This document shows positions 46,121-55,265 of a DNA stretch of 64,000 nt, in pieces. This DNA comes from Desulfosoma sp. (GTDB lineage Bacteria; Desulfobacterota; Syntrophobacteria; Syntrophobacterales; DSM-9756), in contig JBBFKW010000002.1 of the NCBI GenBank assembly GCA_037481835.1, forward strand, positions 32,001 to 96,000, written 5' to 3'. The notes under the pieces are model-generated. The model was given only the letters and a program-made list of their open reading frames with translations. It did not search any database and was not told the DNA's origin. Positions within the stretch are counted from its first letter, which is position 1, and every line of letters begins with the position of its first letter. The translations under genes were made by a program, and so were the position numbers.

Positions 46121-46822
46121 ATGAAAAGGACGATACGGCGTTGGATCCCGGCAGTTGTCGCGGCAGCCGTCGTGTTTTTCGCAACGATCCCTTCGGCCAA
46201 GGCCCTGAACGCTCCGGAGGCGCTCGTGGAGCGGGCCCGCGTGACGCTGGACAGCTTGACCTCCGATCCCAACTTTTCCTGGCTTAAGAACTACCTTCGA
46301 TACGCCCGCGGCGTGCTCATCGTTCCTCAGTTTTTCAAAGGGGGTTTCATTTTTGGGGGATCGGGCGGCTCCGGTGTTTTTCTCGCACGGGACCCCCAAA
46401 CCGGCGCATGGAGCGAGCCCGTTTTCTACACCATGGGCGGCGGAAGCATCGGCTTGCAGATCGGCGCCAGCGCGGCGGAAGTGATCCTCATGGTCCGGAC
46501 CGATCGAGGGGTTGAGGCCTTTTATTCTTCCACATTCAAACTCGGCGCGGACGCTTCGGCCGCCGTAGGCCCCGTGGGGATGAGCATGGAAGGATCCACC
46601 CCCCATAACCTGAGCGCCGATATCCTCTCGTTTGCCAAAGCCAAAGGCCTCTATGCCGGCATCTCTCTCGAGGGCGCCGTCCTCAAGGTTCGAGACGATT
46701 GGAACCTCGAATACTACGGCAAGGCTGTCGGCCCGATGGACATTATCATCCGAAAAGCGGTGAGCAACCCTCGATCGGTGCCCCTTCAGCAGCGCCTGGA
46801 GGCCATCGCTTCGGGGCGCTGA
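46121..46822 (+). CDS. Exported SYLF/Ysc84-domain lipid-binding protein
   Basis: Signal peptide; KGGFIFGGSGGSGV, GGSIGLQIG, KGLYAGISLEG; GAGGAGG RBS. Confidence 0.93.
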   Translation: MKRTIRRWIPAVVAAAVVFFATIPSAKALNAPEALVERARVTLDSLTSDPNFSWLKNYLRYARGVLIVPQFFKGGFIFGGSGGSGVFLARDPQTGAWSEPVFYTMGGGSIGLQIGASAAEVILMVRTDRGVEAFYSSTFKLGADASAAVGPVGMSMEGSTPHNLSADILSFAKAKGLYAGISLEGAVLKVRDDWNLEYYGKAVGPMDIIIRKAVSNPRSVPLQQRLEAIASGR

Positions 46823-46856
46823 GCGCCCCCACGGGCCCGCCCCGACAGGTTCCCAG

Positions 46857-46955
46857 GCGCTTGTCCGAGAATGCCGATTTTGGTGCTTTATGGCATCCTA
46901 ACTATCTGAATTTACGTTGCTCAGATCGGCAAGAATCGAGTTCTCAGACAGCCTC
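46857..46955. mobile_element. 99-bp MITE flanked by CCAG direct repeats
   Basis: Ends GCGCTTGTCCGAGAA and TTCTCAGACAGCCTC; CCAG at 46853-46856 and 46956-46959. Confidence 0.68.
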
Positions 46956-46959
46956 CCAG

Positions 46960-47069
46960 GCGCTTGTCCGAGAACTCCGCAAACCGCCCCTCCCGCGCAG
47001 GCGGGAGTCCATCACCTCATTGAAATCCAGAAATTCATGTTGGGGTTCGCTGCGCTCACGCCAACCTAC
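46960..47069. mobile_element. Second composite MITE-end/CGTC-REP/GTAG-REP element, far end not seen
   Basis: Collinear with the reverse complement of 44451-44560, including an equal-length spacer between the two hairpins. Confidence 0.7.
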
Positions 47070-47175
47070 GGGTTGGCGTTCCAGGTTGGCTCGATCCGGT
47101 GTCATGCGGAAGGCGAGCCGCGTTCTCCAGTCCAGGGGCTTAGAGAAGCATTTCAGCCGGCCCGACGAAGGCCGT

Positions 47176-48696
47176 TCAGGGAACCACCTGGAATCCGGGG
47201 GGGAGAGCATTCCGGACGAGGTCGGCGATCCAAGTGTGCTCGTCTTGGAAACGGGCTTCATCGAGGGGTGACGCGTACCGGGAGGCGCCGCTGCTCGTCA
47301 GGCGGACGATATCCTCGGTCCAGGGCATGTCCCTTTCCAGGAAAAAGGATTTGAGCATGGCATTGAGCCGTTTCGAGGACACCCGGCTTCCGCTCTCTCG
47401 AACAAACCACCGCCTCGGCGCATACTGCCGCCGGTTTTCCAGGGCTTCGGCGATGGCATGCAGAAGGCACGCATCGGGCACGGCCGCTCCGGTTTCCGCG
47501 TTGAAGATCTCCGGCCGCATCCCCGCCATGGAGGCACTTGCGATGCAGGGAATATCGGAACGGAAATATTCCATCACGGCACGGCAGGCGTTTTCGTAGA
47601 GGGACAAGTGGACGCCGAGACGGCAGCGCGCCAAGAGGCCGGGAACATCGGATCGGCGCACGTTGGCGCGCACGGTGATCCGATGGTTCAAGGAGCGATC
47701 CGCGACGTAGCGCTGGAAAAGAGCCACGTTGTCCGGGCGTCCCCGTCCGAGAAAAAGCGCCGTTGTGCCGGAAAGCTCGGGTTGAGTGAGGAGATCCAGC
47801 ATGAAGGTGTGGCGCTTTCGCGCCATGTCGTCGAAAGTGGCGTTGAAGACGATGTGGAAATCTTTCGGCCCTTCTGCCGGCACCACGGGAAGGTCTTCCA
47901 AAAAATCGCCGTGGGCCAGGGGGACGGAGACAGCACCGTCCTGGGTTGCAAGAAATGCAGCATCTTCGGGGCCACCCACGCCGAACAGGCACGGTTCCTC
48001 CAGGGCGCAAAAGTAACGCCACCAGCTGTGCCGCCACACCACGCCCATGGGAGGTTCCACAAAGAGGACGAACCGCCGGCTGATCCGGGAAAGAATCTCG
48101 GCGTCTGTCAGGAGGTAAGGCAGGGAAAAGAGGCGAAGGACGCCTTTTTCCCCATCCTTCTTGGGCTTCTTGAGGATTTGGATGAAATGGCGGACTCTGA
48201 AGATCCGATCAGCCTTATCGCGCCGCTTCCAATCCAGCTTTTTCCGTTCTTTTCGGAAAAAATCCGTAAGTTCCGAAATGGCGGAGGACGTTTTTCCCCC
48301 GTTGGAGCCGTTCTCGGCCCATGGAAAACGGGAAAGACCCGAGGGCTCTTTCGGAGAGGAAGTAAGATTCTGCCACGATGTCAGCCGACGCCATTGGCCG
48401 GGGTAGGGAAGGAGTGCGAGGGTCAAGCGCGCGTGCTCCCGCGCGGCCGGGTGGGGGGCGTCGGCGGCCAGCCGTTCCAAATGGGAAGCCGTGCGGCGCA
48501 GCCACGCGTAGGGGGCTCCCAGACCCGGGCCGGCTTCCAATCGGGGCCGGTGCCAAACAGTGAGTGCATCCAGAGCCCGCCACAGATCCCGGCGTAACTT
48601 CCCATGTTCGCCCGGCGTTTTTTCGCTCTCGAAAAAACCCGACTCCAAGGCCCTTTCAAAATCTTCCAAAAGGCGCAAAGCATCCTCATAGGCCAT
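47176..48696 (-). CDS. GT-B (family 4-like) glycosyltransferase with uncharacterised N-terminus
   Basis: RKRH, FLGRG, SLYENACRAVMEY (E-x7-E). Confidence 0.72.
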   Translation of the reverse strand: MAYEDALRLLEDFERALESGFFESEKTPGEHGKLRRDLWRALDALTVWHRPRLEAGPGLGAPYAWLRRTASHLERLAADAPHPAAREHARLTLALLPYPGQWRRLTSWQNLTSSPKEPSGLSRFPWAENGSNGGKTSSAISELTDFFRKERKKLDWKRRDKADRIFRVRHFIQILKKPKKDGEKGVLRLFSLPYLLTDAEILSRISRRFVLFVEPPMGVVWRHSWWRYFCALEEPCLFGVGGPEDAAFLATQDGAVSVPLAHGDFLEDLPVVPAEGPKDFHIVFNATFDDMARKRHTFMLDLLTQPELSGTTALFLGRGRPDNVALFQRYVADRSLNHRITVRANVRRSDVPGLLARCRLGVHLSLYENACRAVMEYFRSDIPCIASASMAGMRPEIFNAETGAAVPDACLLHAIAEALENRRQYAPRRWFVRESGSRVSSKRLNAMLKSFFLERDMPWTEDIVRLTSSGASRYASPLDEARFQDEHTWIADLVRNALPPGFQVVP

Positions 48697-48707
48697 CCGC
48701 CGATCGG

Positions 48708-49505
48708 TCACGGCAGGACTCCATGCAGGGTCGCGAGAAGTCCGAAAAGGAGCAGGCAGCTCAGCATCTCGGCCCGAGGCCACGGAGGCACCTCCACGGG
48801 AACATCGTCTCGGTACCCGCGGGCGGCCAGGGCAAGCGCCGTGGATTCCGCCCGGTCCAAGGCTTTTCGAAAAAGGGGCAGAATCACCGTTTTCATGCGC
48901 CGATACGGGTTCTTGGATCGATCGGCCAAGCGGGCCCGGCAGGCCGTGCGGATTTCTTCCAAATCATCCAGAAGCGTCGCGAACAAGCGCATGGACAATC
49001 CGGCCATGACGGCGATCCTCCGTGCGGGGACGAAGGGGAAAGGCCTCAAAACCCAGAGGACGGCTCTTTGGACTTCCGAGGTTTTGGTCGTGGCCGTAAA
49101 GAAAACGGCCCAAAGAATCATGAGCGTGATCCGCCACAAGGAGACGGCAGCCGCGGTTACGGAAGGCGGCGGAAAAACTTCGGGGAGACTCTTGGGCAGC
49201 TTTTGAAGCGATTCCCACGAGGTGGCTTGCACTAAAAAAAGGAGAATGAGGAAGGGAGCCCACGCCCGGATTGTCCGGAGCGGAAGATGCCACGGCAGAC
49301 GGGCGGCAGCCAGAAGAACGGTGAAGCCTCCCGTGACGACGCCGAAAACGACAGGTTTGCCACAAAGCAGCGCGCCGGTGACGGCAGCGATTCCGAAGAG
49401 CTTGGTGCGGGCATCCCAGCGATGGACGGCCGACGATCGTGGAATGTAGTGCAAAGCTAGTCGCACGGCCACGGCATGAGCCCTTTTCCCAAGAGAACCG
49501 AACAT
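48708..49505 (-). CDS. bioN: ECF transporter T component (BioN-like)
   Basis: SAVHRWDARTKL; CRAR and ALAARGY motifs; start may be GTG 49472. Confidence 0.88.
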   Translation of the reverse strand: MFGSLGKRAHAVAVRLALHYIPRSSAVHRWDARTKLFGIAAVTGALLCGKPVVFGVVTGGFTVLLAAARLPWHLPLRTIRAWAPFLILLFLVQATSWESLQKLPKSLPEVFPPPSVTAAAVSLWRITLMILWAVFFTATTKTSEVQRAVLWVLRPFPFVPARRIAVMAGLSMRLFATLLDDLEEIRTACRARLADRSKNPYRRMKTVILPLFRKALDRAESTALALAARGYRDDVPVEVPPWPRAEMLSCLLLFGLLATLHGVLP

Positions 49506-50203
49506 GGGGGACGAACCCCGTAGCGGCCAAGCTCGAGCGCCACCTCCTGCGGCGGGCCTGACCGAACGAGGGTTCCCTCGCGCAGCACCAGGACCCGGTC
49601 CACGTGGGCGATGACCTTTTCCACGTCATGGGTGGAAACCACCACGGTACGGCCTTCGTCCTTCAGACGCTTCATGGCACAAAGCAGCGCGCACGCCCCG
49701 TCCCAGTCCAAATGCGTGAACGGTTCGTCGAAGAGCACGACCTGCGGGTCCATGGCCAACACTGCCGCCAGGGCGACGCGGCGCTTCTGTCCCCCCGAAA
49801 GGGCATAGCACGGCTTTTCGGCTACCTCTTCCAAGCCGAAAAAGGCCAGGCTTTGAGCCACCCGGCGTTGCCGCTCCCCTGGTGGAAGGCCCAGGTTTTC
49901 CGGGCCGAAAGCCACATCGTCGGCAACCGTTTCTCCGAGGATTTGGCTGTCCGGATCCTGAAAAACCAAGCCGACGCAGGCGCGCACCTCTTCCGGCCGG
50001 CGGGCCGCGTTCCGGCCGAAGACGGTGAGGGTTCCCCGGGTGGGCTGATACAAGCCGGCCAGCACATGGAGCAGGGTGCTCTTTCCTTGACCGTTGGCCC
50101 CGCACACAAGGACGAAGGCGGGGCACGGAATGCGAAAGCTCACGCCGCGAAGGGCTTCGGTCCCGTCGGGATAGGTAAATCCCAGGTCAACGGCCTCGAT
50201 CAT
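49457..50203 (-). CDS. bioM: ECF transporter ATPase (BioM-like)
   Basis: GANGQGKST, FQDPDSQ, LSGGQKRR, FDEP; ATG overlaps the bioY stop. Confidence 0.93.
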   Translation of the reverse strand: MIEAVDLGFTYPDGTEALRGVSFRIPCPAFVLVCGANGQGKSTLLHVLAGLYQPTRGTLTVFGRNAARRPEEVRACVGLVFQDPDSQILGETVADDVAFGPENLGLPPGERQRRVAQSLAFFGLEEVAEKPCYALSGGQKRRVALAAVLAMDPQVVLFDEPFTHLDWDGACALLCAMKRLKDEGRTVVVSTHDVEKVIAHVDRVLVLREGTLVRSGPPQEVALELGRYGVRPPCSVLLGKGLMPWPCD

Positions 50204-50781
50204 GGCCGAACCGAATGCCGGGCGCAGGCCGTCTGTGGGGTCGGAGCTGTTCGCACGTGGTGAAACAGCGCCGGGCCCACGGACCAAGCCAGACCTACGG
50301 CCGCCGCCGCTTTGATGCCGTCCCCGACGAGGAACGGAAGCATGCCGACGGTGACCGCTTTGGACCACGGCATGCCCGTGACCCATTTCAGCCAGGGGAC
50401 GCCCAGGGCGTAAATCGCCAGAGAACCCACGATCACAGCGGCAACATCGAAAAGTTTGTGGGAACCCGCCCGGCTGAGCGCCCCCGTTATCCAGGCCCCG
50501 GCGACAAAGCCCGCCAGATACCCTCCCGTTGGTCCCGCCAGATGGGCCAAGCCGCCCTTGAACTGGGCGAAAACCGGAAGACCGACAGCCCCCAGAAGCA
50601 CATAGAGACTCATGGCGGCGGCGGCGCGCGCAGGACCCAAGAGCAGGCCCGAAAGCAAAACGAAAAGATTCGTCAAGACCACGGGAACAGGCCCGATGGG
50701 CACGGCGATCTGAGCGCCCACGGCGGTCAAGGCGGTCATGAGGCAGGTGAAAACCATCCAGCGCAGGGTTTCCAAGGGCAT
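50200..50781 (-). CDS. bioY: Biotin S component BioY
   Basis: PVPVVL, GAVGLPVFA, GPTGGYL, PFLVGDGIK. Confidence 0.96.
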   Translation of the reverse strand: MPLETLRWMVFTCLMTALTAVGAQIAVPIGPVPVVLTNLFVLLSGLLLGPARAAAAMSLYVLLGAVGLPVFAQFKGGLAHLAGPTGGYLAGFVAGAWITGALSRAGSHKLFDVAAVIVGSLAIYALGVPWLKWVTGMPWSKAVTVGMLPFLVGDGIKAAAAVGLAWSVGPALFHHVRTAPTPQTACARHSVRP

Positions 50782-50852
50782 CGTTCGTTCTCCTCGTCTT
50801 CGGCTGTTGGCTTCTCATTCTCTTCTACGGCGAGAAAGGAAGAACCCCCCAT

Positions 50853-50882
50853 GGTTAACTTTCGCCGAAGGCCTGGTTAACC
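50853..50882. promoter_or_regulatory. BirA operator overlapping the bioY promoter
   Basis: GGTTAAC-N16-GTTAACC; TTGACA on the minus strand at 50897-50902. Confidence 0.8.
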
Positions 50883-51108
50883 GAACCGATCCCGCCTGTC
50901 AAGGGCGATCCCTTCGGCTCATTTCAGACCTGAACCAAGGTCGAACCCGTCGGACCTTCCCGGGCGGGGGCCCTGCGGCGTCCCTTGGACAAGATTCTAG
51001 GCAGAAGCCTCTCTTTGTGCTAAACAAGGCCCAACGGATCACGCCGTGAACCCGGGGCCGACGGGCCGGCCCCACATCCCTCGACCCCTTTGCGACAAGG
51101 AGGAATCC

Positions 51109-51519
51109 ATGAAGCGCAAAGCCACGTACCGATTGTTGGTCACCCGCCGGGAAATGCTCTACGTGCATGACGAGTTCGATCACACGCTGATGCTGGTGGA
51201 AATGGAAGGGGAGCCCATTGAGTACCAGGTGGGCGTGGCGGGAAAATTCGTGTCCCGCCGGAGCGTCACGTTCCACGACCGCATTCGAGGCGCGGGCAAG
51301 ATGATGGGCTATGCGGTCACGCACTTTGAGGAAGGATCCATCTACAGCAGGTACGAAGGCGAAAGGGACGCCCAAAGCAAGCTTACCAAAGGCACGTGGA
51401 CCATCTACAAGGGGATGGGGAAACTGGCCACCATCAAGGGCAGCGGCACCTTCACCGTGAAACCCGGCACCCATGACCGGGAATACATTTTGGATATGGA
51501 AGGCGAATACGAACTCTAA
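51109..51519 (+). CDS. Hypothetical beta-rich cytoplasmic protein (DUF3224/AOC-barrel-like)
   Basis: AAGGAGG RBS; GTWTIYKGMGKLATIKGSGTF..EGEYEL. Confidence 0.75.
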   Translation: MKRKATYRLLVTRREMLYVHDEFDHTLMLVEMEGEPIEYQVGVAGKFVSRRSVTFHDRIRGAGKMMGYAVTHFEEGSIYSRYEGERDAQSKLTKGTWTIYKGMGKLATIKGSGTFTVKPGTHDREYILDMEGEYEL

Positions 51520-51551
51520 GTCCCCGCATTCGCCAAAAAATGGTCACATGG

Positions 51552-51582
51552 TGGGGGAAGCGCCGGTATCGGCGCTCCCCCA
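51552..51582 (+). terminator. Hairpin after the 51109 gene
   Basis: TGGGGG-AGCGCCG-GTAT-CGGCGCT-CCCCCA; no U tract. Confidence 0.45.
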
Positions 51583-51678
51583 GACAAACCGGATATGCCT
51601 TAACGACGGCCAAGAAACCCGGGATATCCTGCGATAACATTGCCGCTGCTTTTGGCGACCTCCCTGGGGCCGGAAAAT

Positions 51679-51885
51679 GCGCTTGTATGAAGCCGTAACG
51701 GCGCTGAAATCTAAATCCATGGAAGAAACCATCTGAGGCTTTGCAAACTCAGGCGGTGACGTCCGAAGTATCCCTTCCTGGAATTCTCATAAACCCTCAT
51801 CACGCGGCGCAAGACAACGAAGGATGAAAGTCTCGTGGTTACGGTATGTCTCAGAGACTTTCAGATAAAATTCTCGCACAAGCCC
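51679..51885. mobile_element. Degenerate, possibly nested MITEs of the same end family
   Basis: GCGCTTGTATGAAG (51679) / TTCTCGCACAAGCCC (51871-51885); inner GAGGCTTTGCAAA (51735) / TTCTCATAAACCCTC (51784-51798). Confidence 0.4.
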
Positions 51886-52105
51886 CCGGGGGTTCGAGTT
51901 TCATCCTTTGTGGTGTCACCGCGACGCGCGACAGTATCCCCGATTTTTCTTGGGGTTCGCTGCACTCACCCCAACTTCCATTCGCCGGCCGACATCCTTG
52001 AATAAACTCGTAGGTTGGGGTGAGCGAAGCGAACCCCAACCCAGATCTGGATCCAGCAAGACAACGAAGAGTGAGTCTTCTACCGACGGTATGTTGCTGA
52101 GACTT
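51809..52105 (+). repeat. Diverged ~50-bp direct repeat pair
   Basis: GCAAGACAACGAAG..AGTCT..ACGGTATGT..GAGACTT at 51809-51860 and 52056-52105. Confidence 0.7.
51950..52040. repeat. Inverted pair of GTAG-type REPs
   Basis: TTGGGGTTCGCTGCACTCACCCCAACTTCC (51950-51979) and GTAGGTTGGGGTGAGCGAAGCGAACCCCAAC (52010-52040). Confidence 0.82.
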
Positions 52106-52232
52106 ACATTTAATCCCCTTTGTGGCACGGTCCAAAGCGGTCGGCAAGGGATGGAAGATCCTTCTTGATATCCAAGGATTGCACATTCTCCCCGTTTATG
52201 CGCAGCGCGAGGCGAACCGGTGCTCTGGCGTT

Positions 52233-53063
52233 TCAAAGAGGTTTTTCTGGGCGGAAGCGTCGGAAGCGTCGGTGGATCCAGTACCACTGTTCCGGAGTGT
52301 GGCGGATTCGGGCTTCGATGGCGGCGTTGAACGCTGCGGTCATGGCTTCGGCGCGTTCTTGGGGAGAGCCGGATGGCGGCGGCGGGATTTCAGGCTCTAC
52401 GTCGATGCGGTACCGGCCGTCCGAAAGGCGCTCGTTGAACACCGGGTGCACGGGGGCTCCGGTCCTCAAAGCGATGTGCGCGAGCGTCTTATGGGTGAGG
52501 ACGTACCCCCCGAAGAACGGCGCCCAGACCCCCGTTTTTTTCCCGGCGTTGTGATCCAGAAGGAAGCCGACGATTTCGTTTCGCTTGAGGGCCTTGAGTG
52601 CGTGGATCAAGGCGTGTTCTTTGGCGATCACGCGGTTACCGGAACGTTCCCGCAGTGCGGTGACCCAGCGGTTGAGCCCTTGGGGGCGGATGGGGCGAGC
52701 GACGATGTTGAGCCGCGCCGGGAGGAGAAACGGCGCGCCGTAGGCCATCCATTCCCAGTTGCCGAAGTGGCTCGTGAGGATGAGCACGCCACGGCCCTTT
52801 TCCAGGGACCGGCGCAGATGCTCCACACCGTGGGCTTCCAGGCAGCGGTGGATGTTTCGGGCGCTCATGCGGACCATCCCTGGGAACTCGACGAAAACCC
52901 GGGCAAGATGGCGGAAGTTGGCCCGCACGATCCGTCGTGCCGCCGAGCCGTTCACCCCCAGAGCCAATCGAACGTTCTCTTCGGCGGTTTTTCGATGCCG
53001 CCGATCCAGGGCGTACCAAAGCGTCCCCAAGAGGGCGCCCAAGAGGGCCGCGATGGGAATCAT
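52233..53063 (-). CDS. Lipid A late acyltransferase (LpxL/HtrB family)
   Basis: TSHFGNWE, LLDHN, PFFG, PEQWYWIHRRF; start uncertain (53063 or 53186). Confidence 0.9.
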   Translation of the reverse strand: MIPIAALLGALLGTLWYALDRRHRKTAEENVRLALGVNGSAARRIVRANFRHLARVFVEFPGMVRMSARNIHRCLEAHGVEHLRRSLEKGRGVLILTSHFGNWEWMAYGAPFLLPARLNIVARPIRPQGLNRWVTALRERSGNRVIAKEHALIHALKALKRNEIVGFLLDHNAGKKTGVWAPFFGGYVLTHKTLAHIALRTGAPVHPVFNERLSDGRYRIDVEPEIPPPPSGSPQERAEAMTAAFNAAIEARIRHTPEQWYWIHRRFRRFRPEKPL

Positions 53064-53205
53064 GGGGGAAGGCCGATCTTCGCCCGGCACGCCGAAAGGA
53101 CTCACGGCCCCCATGGGCGCCCGGCACGCCGCGCGCGCTCCGTTCCCGCCGAGGTTTTGCCCGCCCAACGTGTCTTTCCCGTGCATAGCGAGGATTCCGC
53201 GCCCT

Positions 53206-54963
53206 CTACTGGGGCTTGGCGCCTGCAGCGGCGTGGGCTTTTTTGCCCACGTTGAGGTCATAGGAAAAGACCGTGCTTCGGGCTTCCCACAGTTTCAGCA
53301 GGTCCTTACCCAAAACGAGGCTGGCGATGAGTTCCGGCGTGCCGTCCCCGTTGAGGTCGCCGACCCGGATGGAAGACACCATGCCGCTCACTTCCCGGGT
53401 CTTCCAGTTTTCCACCAGACCCATCTGGTCCCAGGAAAAGCTCACCACTTCCCCGGCTTCGTAGTATTTGAAGCCCTGGGGGAGGAATCGGCTCGTGGTG
53501 TCCGGGCTGCGGTTGACAACGATTTCAGCGATGCCGTCCTTGTTGAGATCCATAACGAGGATGGGCGAGGGAACATAGTAGTATTCCACGTTGTTGTAGC
53601 GGAGGTCTTCCACCTTGCCGAGCAGGTAATTGGTCGTGGCGGCGAACTGTTGGCGGCTGCGCCACAGTCGGTTGCCGGCGGAATCCAGGACCATCAGCCG
53701 GTTATCCGCCGTGATCACGGCGTATTCCACGGCGCCGTCTCCGTTGAAATCGCCTGCGGCGAAATTCGCCACGTTGCACTGGGGGGGAACGGTGGCGGGT
53801 GCCGTGGTGACGGCTTTGCCGTCTCGCAGGCGCCATTCGAAAATTTCCGGGTCGAACAGCTCACCGTAGCGGCCTCGCGCCTGAGCGAGGGGGACTCGAC
53901 CCCGGTTGGGGAAGGGCACGGCGTTGACAAAATAGGGAATGCGTTCGGCGAGGACGGCGAGGCGCTTGCCGTCGAATTTCAGCACGCAAGAGGCCGGTTC
54001 CCATTCCGTGTCCGATAGCTTGATGCTTTCCGGGCCGGGGTTGCGCCCTTTGTTGCGCTGAAAGATGTTCGCCACCAGAATCTCCAGGCGGCCGTCTCCG
54101 TCCACGTCGGCCAAGGCGACCCATTTGAAGGTATCCAGTTTGCCGGCGCGGTGTTCGGCCACCGATTGCAACCCTTGATCCACGCGGCGATAAACCGTCA
54201 GCCGGTTGGCGCTCAGAGCCACCAGTTCGTCCCGGCCGTCTCCGTCCACGTCGCCCACGTCGATGGAAAGGACGGCTTCCGAAAAGGTTTGGCTGCGCCA
54301 CAGTCCGGGCTGCCGAAGGGATCCTTCCGGGGTGACTTCGATGAAGTTGGGGTTGAGATAGGAAACGGCCTGGCCGGGCATAACCGATTCGGGAAGGAGC
54401 AGTTCGGGGTTTCGCGTGGACGTTCCTTCGGGCGACGGGGCAGGCTGGGTCGCCGCGGCGGCGGTTCGGTTGAAAAGCTGGCGATTCATGGCTTCGGCCA
54501 TTTGGTTCACCGTGGGAATGAGCTGGTTCAAGGTTGGGCTCTGGAAGGGAAACTGCATGGGCGCTTCATCGGGTGCCGCGGGAACGACCGTGGCATCGAC
54601 GCTCACGGCGTCTCCCAAGGCGGTCACGCTGCCGTAGAGGACGTAGTCGGCCTTGAGGCGGCGCGCCAAGGTGCGGGCGGCCTCGGCATCTTGGACCGCG
54701 CCGGATCCTTTCAAGGCATCCAGGACGGAAGCCTTATCCAGAACGCGCACCTTTCCAGGCCAGGCGAGGCGGGATCGCAGCATGTCCCAAACGCCGTCTT
54801 GGAGGTAGTAGAGGTCCTTGGGCGTGTTCATCTGAAAAGGCACCATGGCCACGGTCTTGATCCCCGACTCCTGGCCGAGGGCGCAAGGGGCCGTCGCGGT
54901 GCAGAAAGCGATGATGAAAACGCACAGGGCGAAGATTTTTCCGAAAAAGCCTTGCGTCGACAT
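53206..54963 (-). CDS. Exported FG-GAP/VCBS-repeat protein with N-terminal CsgG/TolB-N-like domain
   Basis: Signal peptide; VAMVPF..LQDGVWDMLRSRL..ADYVLYGS; five D-x-[DN]-x-DG repeats. Confidence 0.85.
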   Translation of the reverse strand: MSTQGFFGKIFALCVFIIAFCTATAPCALGQESGIKTVAMVPFQMNTPKDLYYLQDGVWDMLRSRLAWPGKVRVLDKASVLDALKGSGAVQDAEAARTLARRLKADYVLYGSVTALGDAVSVDATVVPAAPDEAPMQFPFQSPTLNQLIPTVNQMAEAMNRQLFNRTAAAATQPAPSPEGTSTRNPELLLPESVMPGQAVSYLNPNFIEVTPEGSLRQPGLWRSQTFSEAVLSIDVGDVDGDGRDELVALSANRLTVYRRVDQGLQSVAEHRAGKLDTFKWVALADVDGDGRLEILVANIFQRNKGRNPGPESIKLSDTEWEPASCVLKFDGKRLAVLAERIPYFVNAVPFPNRGRVPLAQARGRYGELFDPEIFEWRLRDGKAVTTAPATVPPQCNVANFAAGDFNGDGAVEYAVITADNRLMVLDSAGNRLWRSRQQFAATTNYLLGKVEDLRYNNVEYYYVPSPILVMDLNKDGIAEIVVNRSPDTTSRFLPQGFKYYEAGEVVSFSWDQMGLVENWKTREVSGMVSSIRVGDLNGDGTPELIASLVLGKDLLKLWEARSTVFSYDLNVGKKAHAAAGAKPQ

Positions 54964-55101
54964 GAGCCTATCCTTCCTTGAATTCCATTGGAAAATGCGG
55001 GGCCGCATGGAGCGGCCGACGGGCGTCGTCGCTGAAACAGTAGCGAGTAAGGCGGCGGTCACGCAATAACATTTTTTGGACCGGACGCCGAGAATTTTCG
55101 T

Positions 55102-55129
55102 TTGACATGGCGTTCGGGCCCGTTATAAA
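55102..55129 (+). promoter_or_regulatory. Near-consensus sigma70 promoter for porin 1
   Basis: TTGACA-N16-TATAAA. Confidence 0.65.
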
Positions 55130-55265
55130 GACAGCTGAATGCCGCAAAAGGCATCGGGGCATCCTTGAGGAAAGGGGGTGGGGCGCAGGCGCAGGAAAAG
55201 CGTAAAGGGGCTGAGATCAAAGGGGTTTCCAGGTTTTCTTCAACGCTTTTTCAGGGAGGAAAGAG

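Noticed and set aside
51679..52128. Repeat mosaic as a CRISPR array or hammerhead ribozyme
   Set aside because: No regularly spaced direct repeats, no cas genes and no CUGAUGA core
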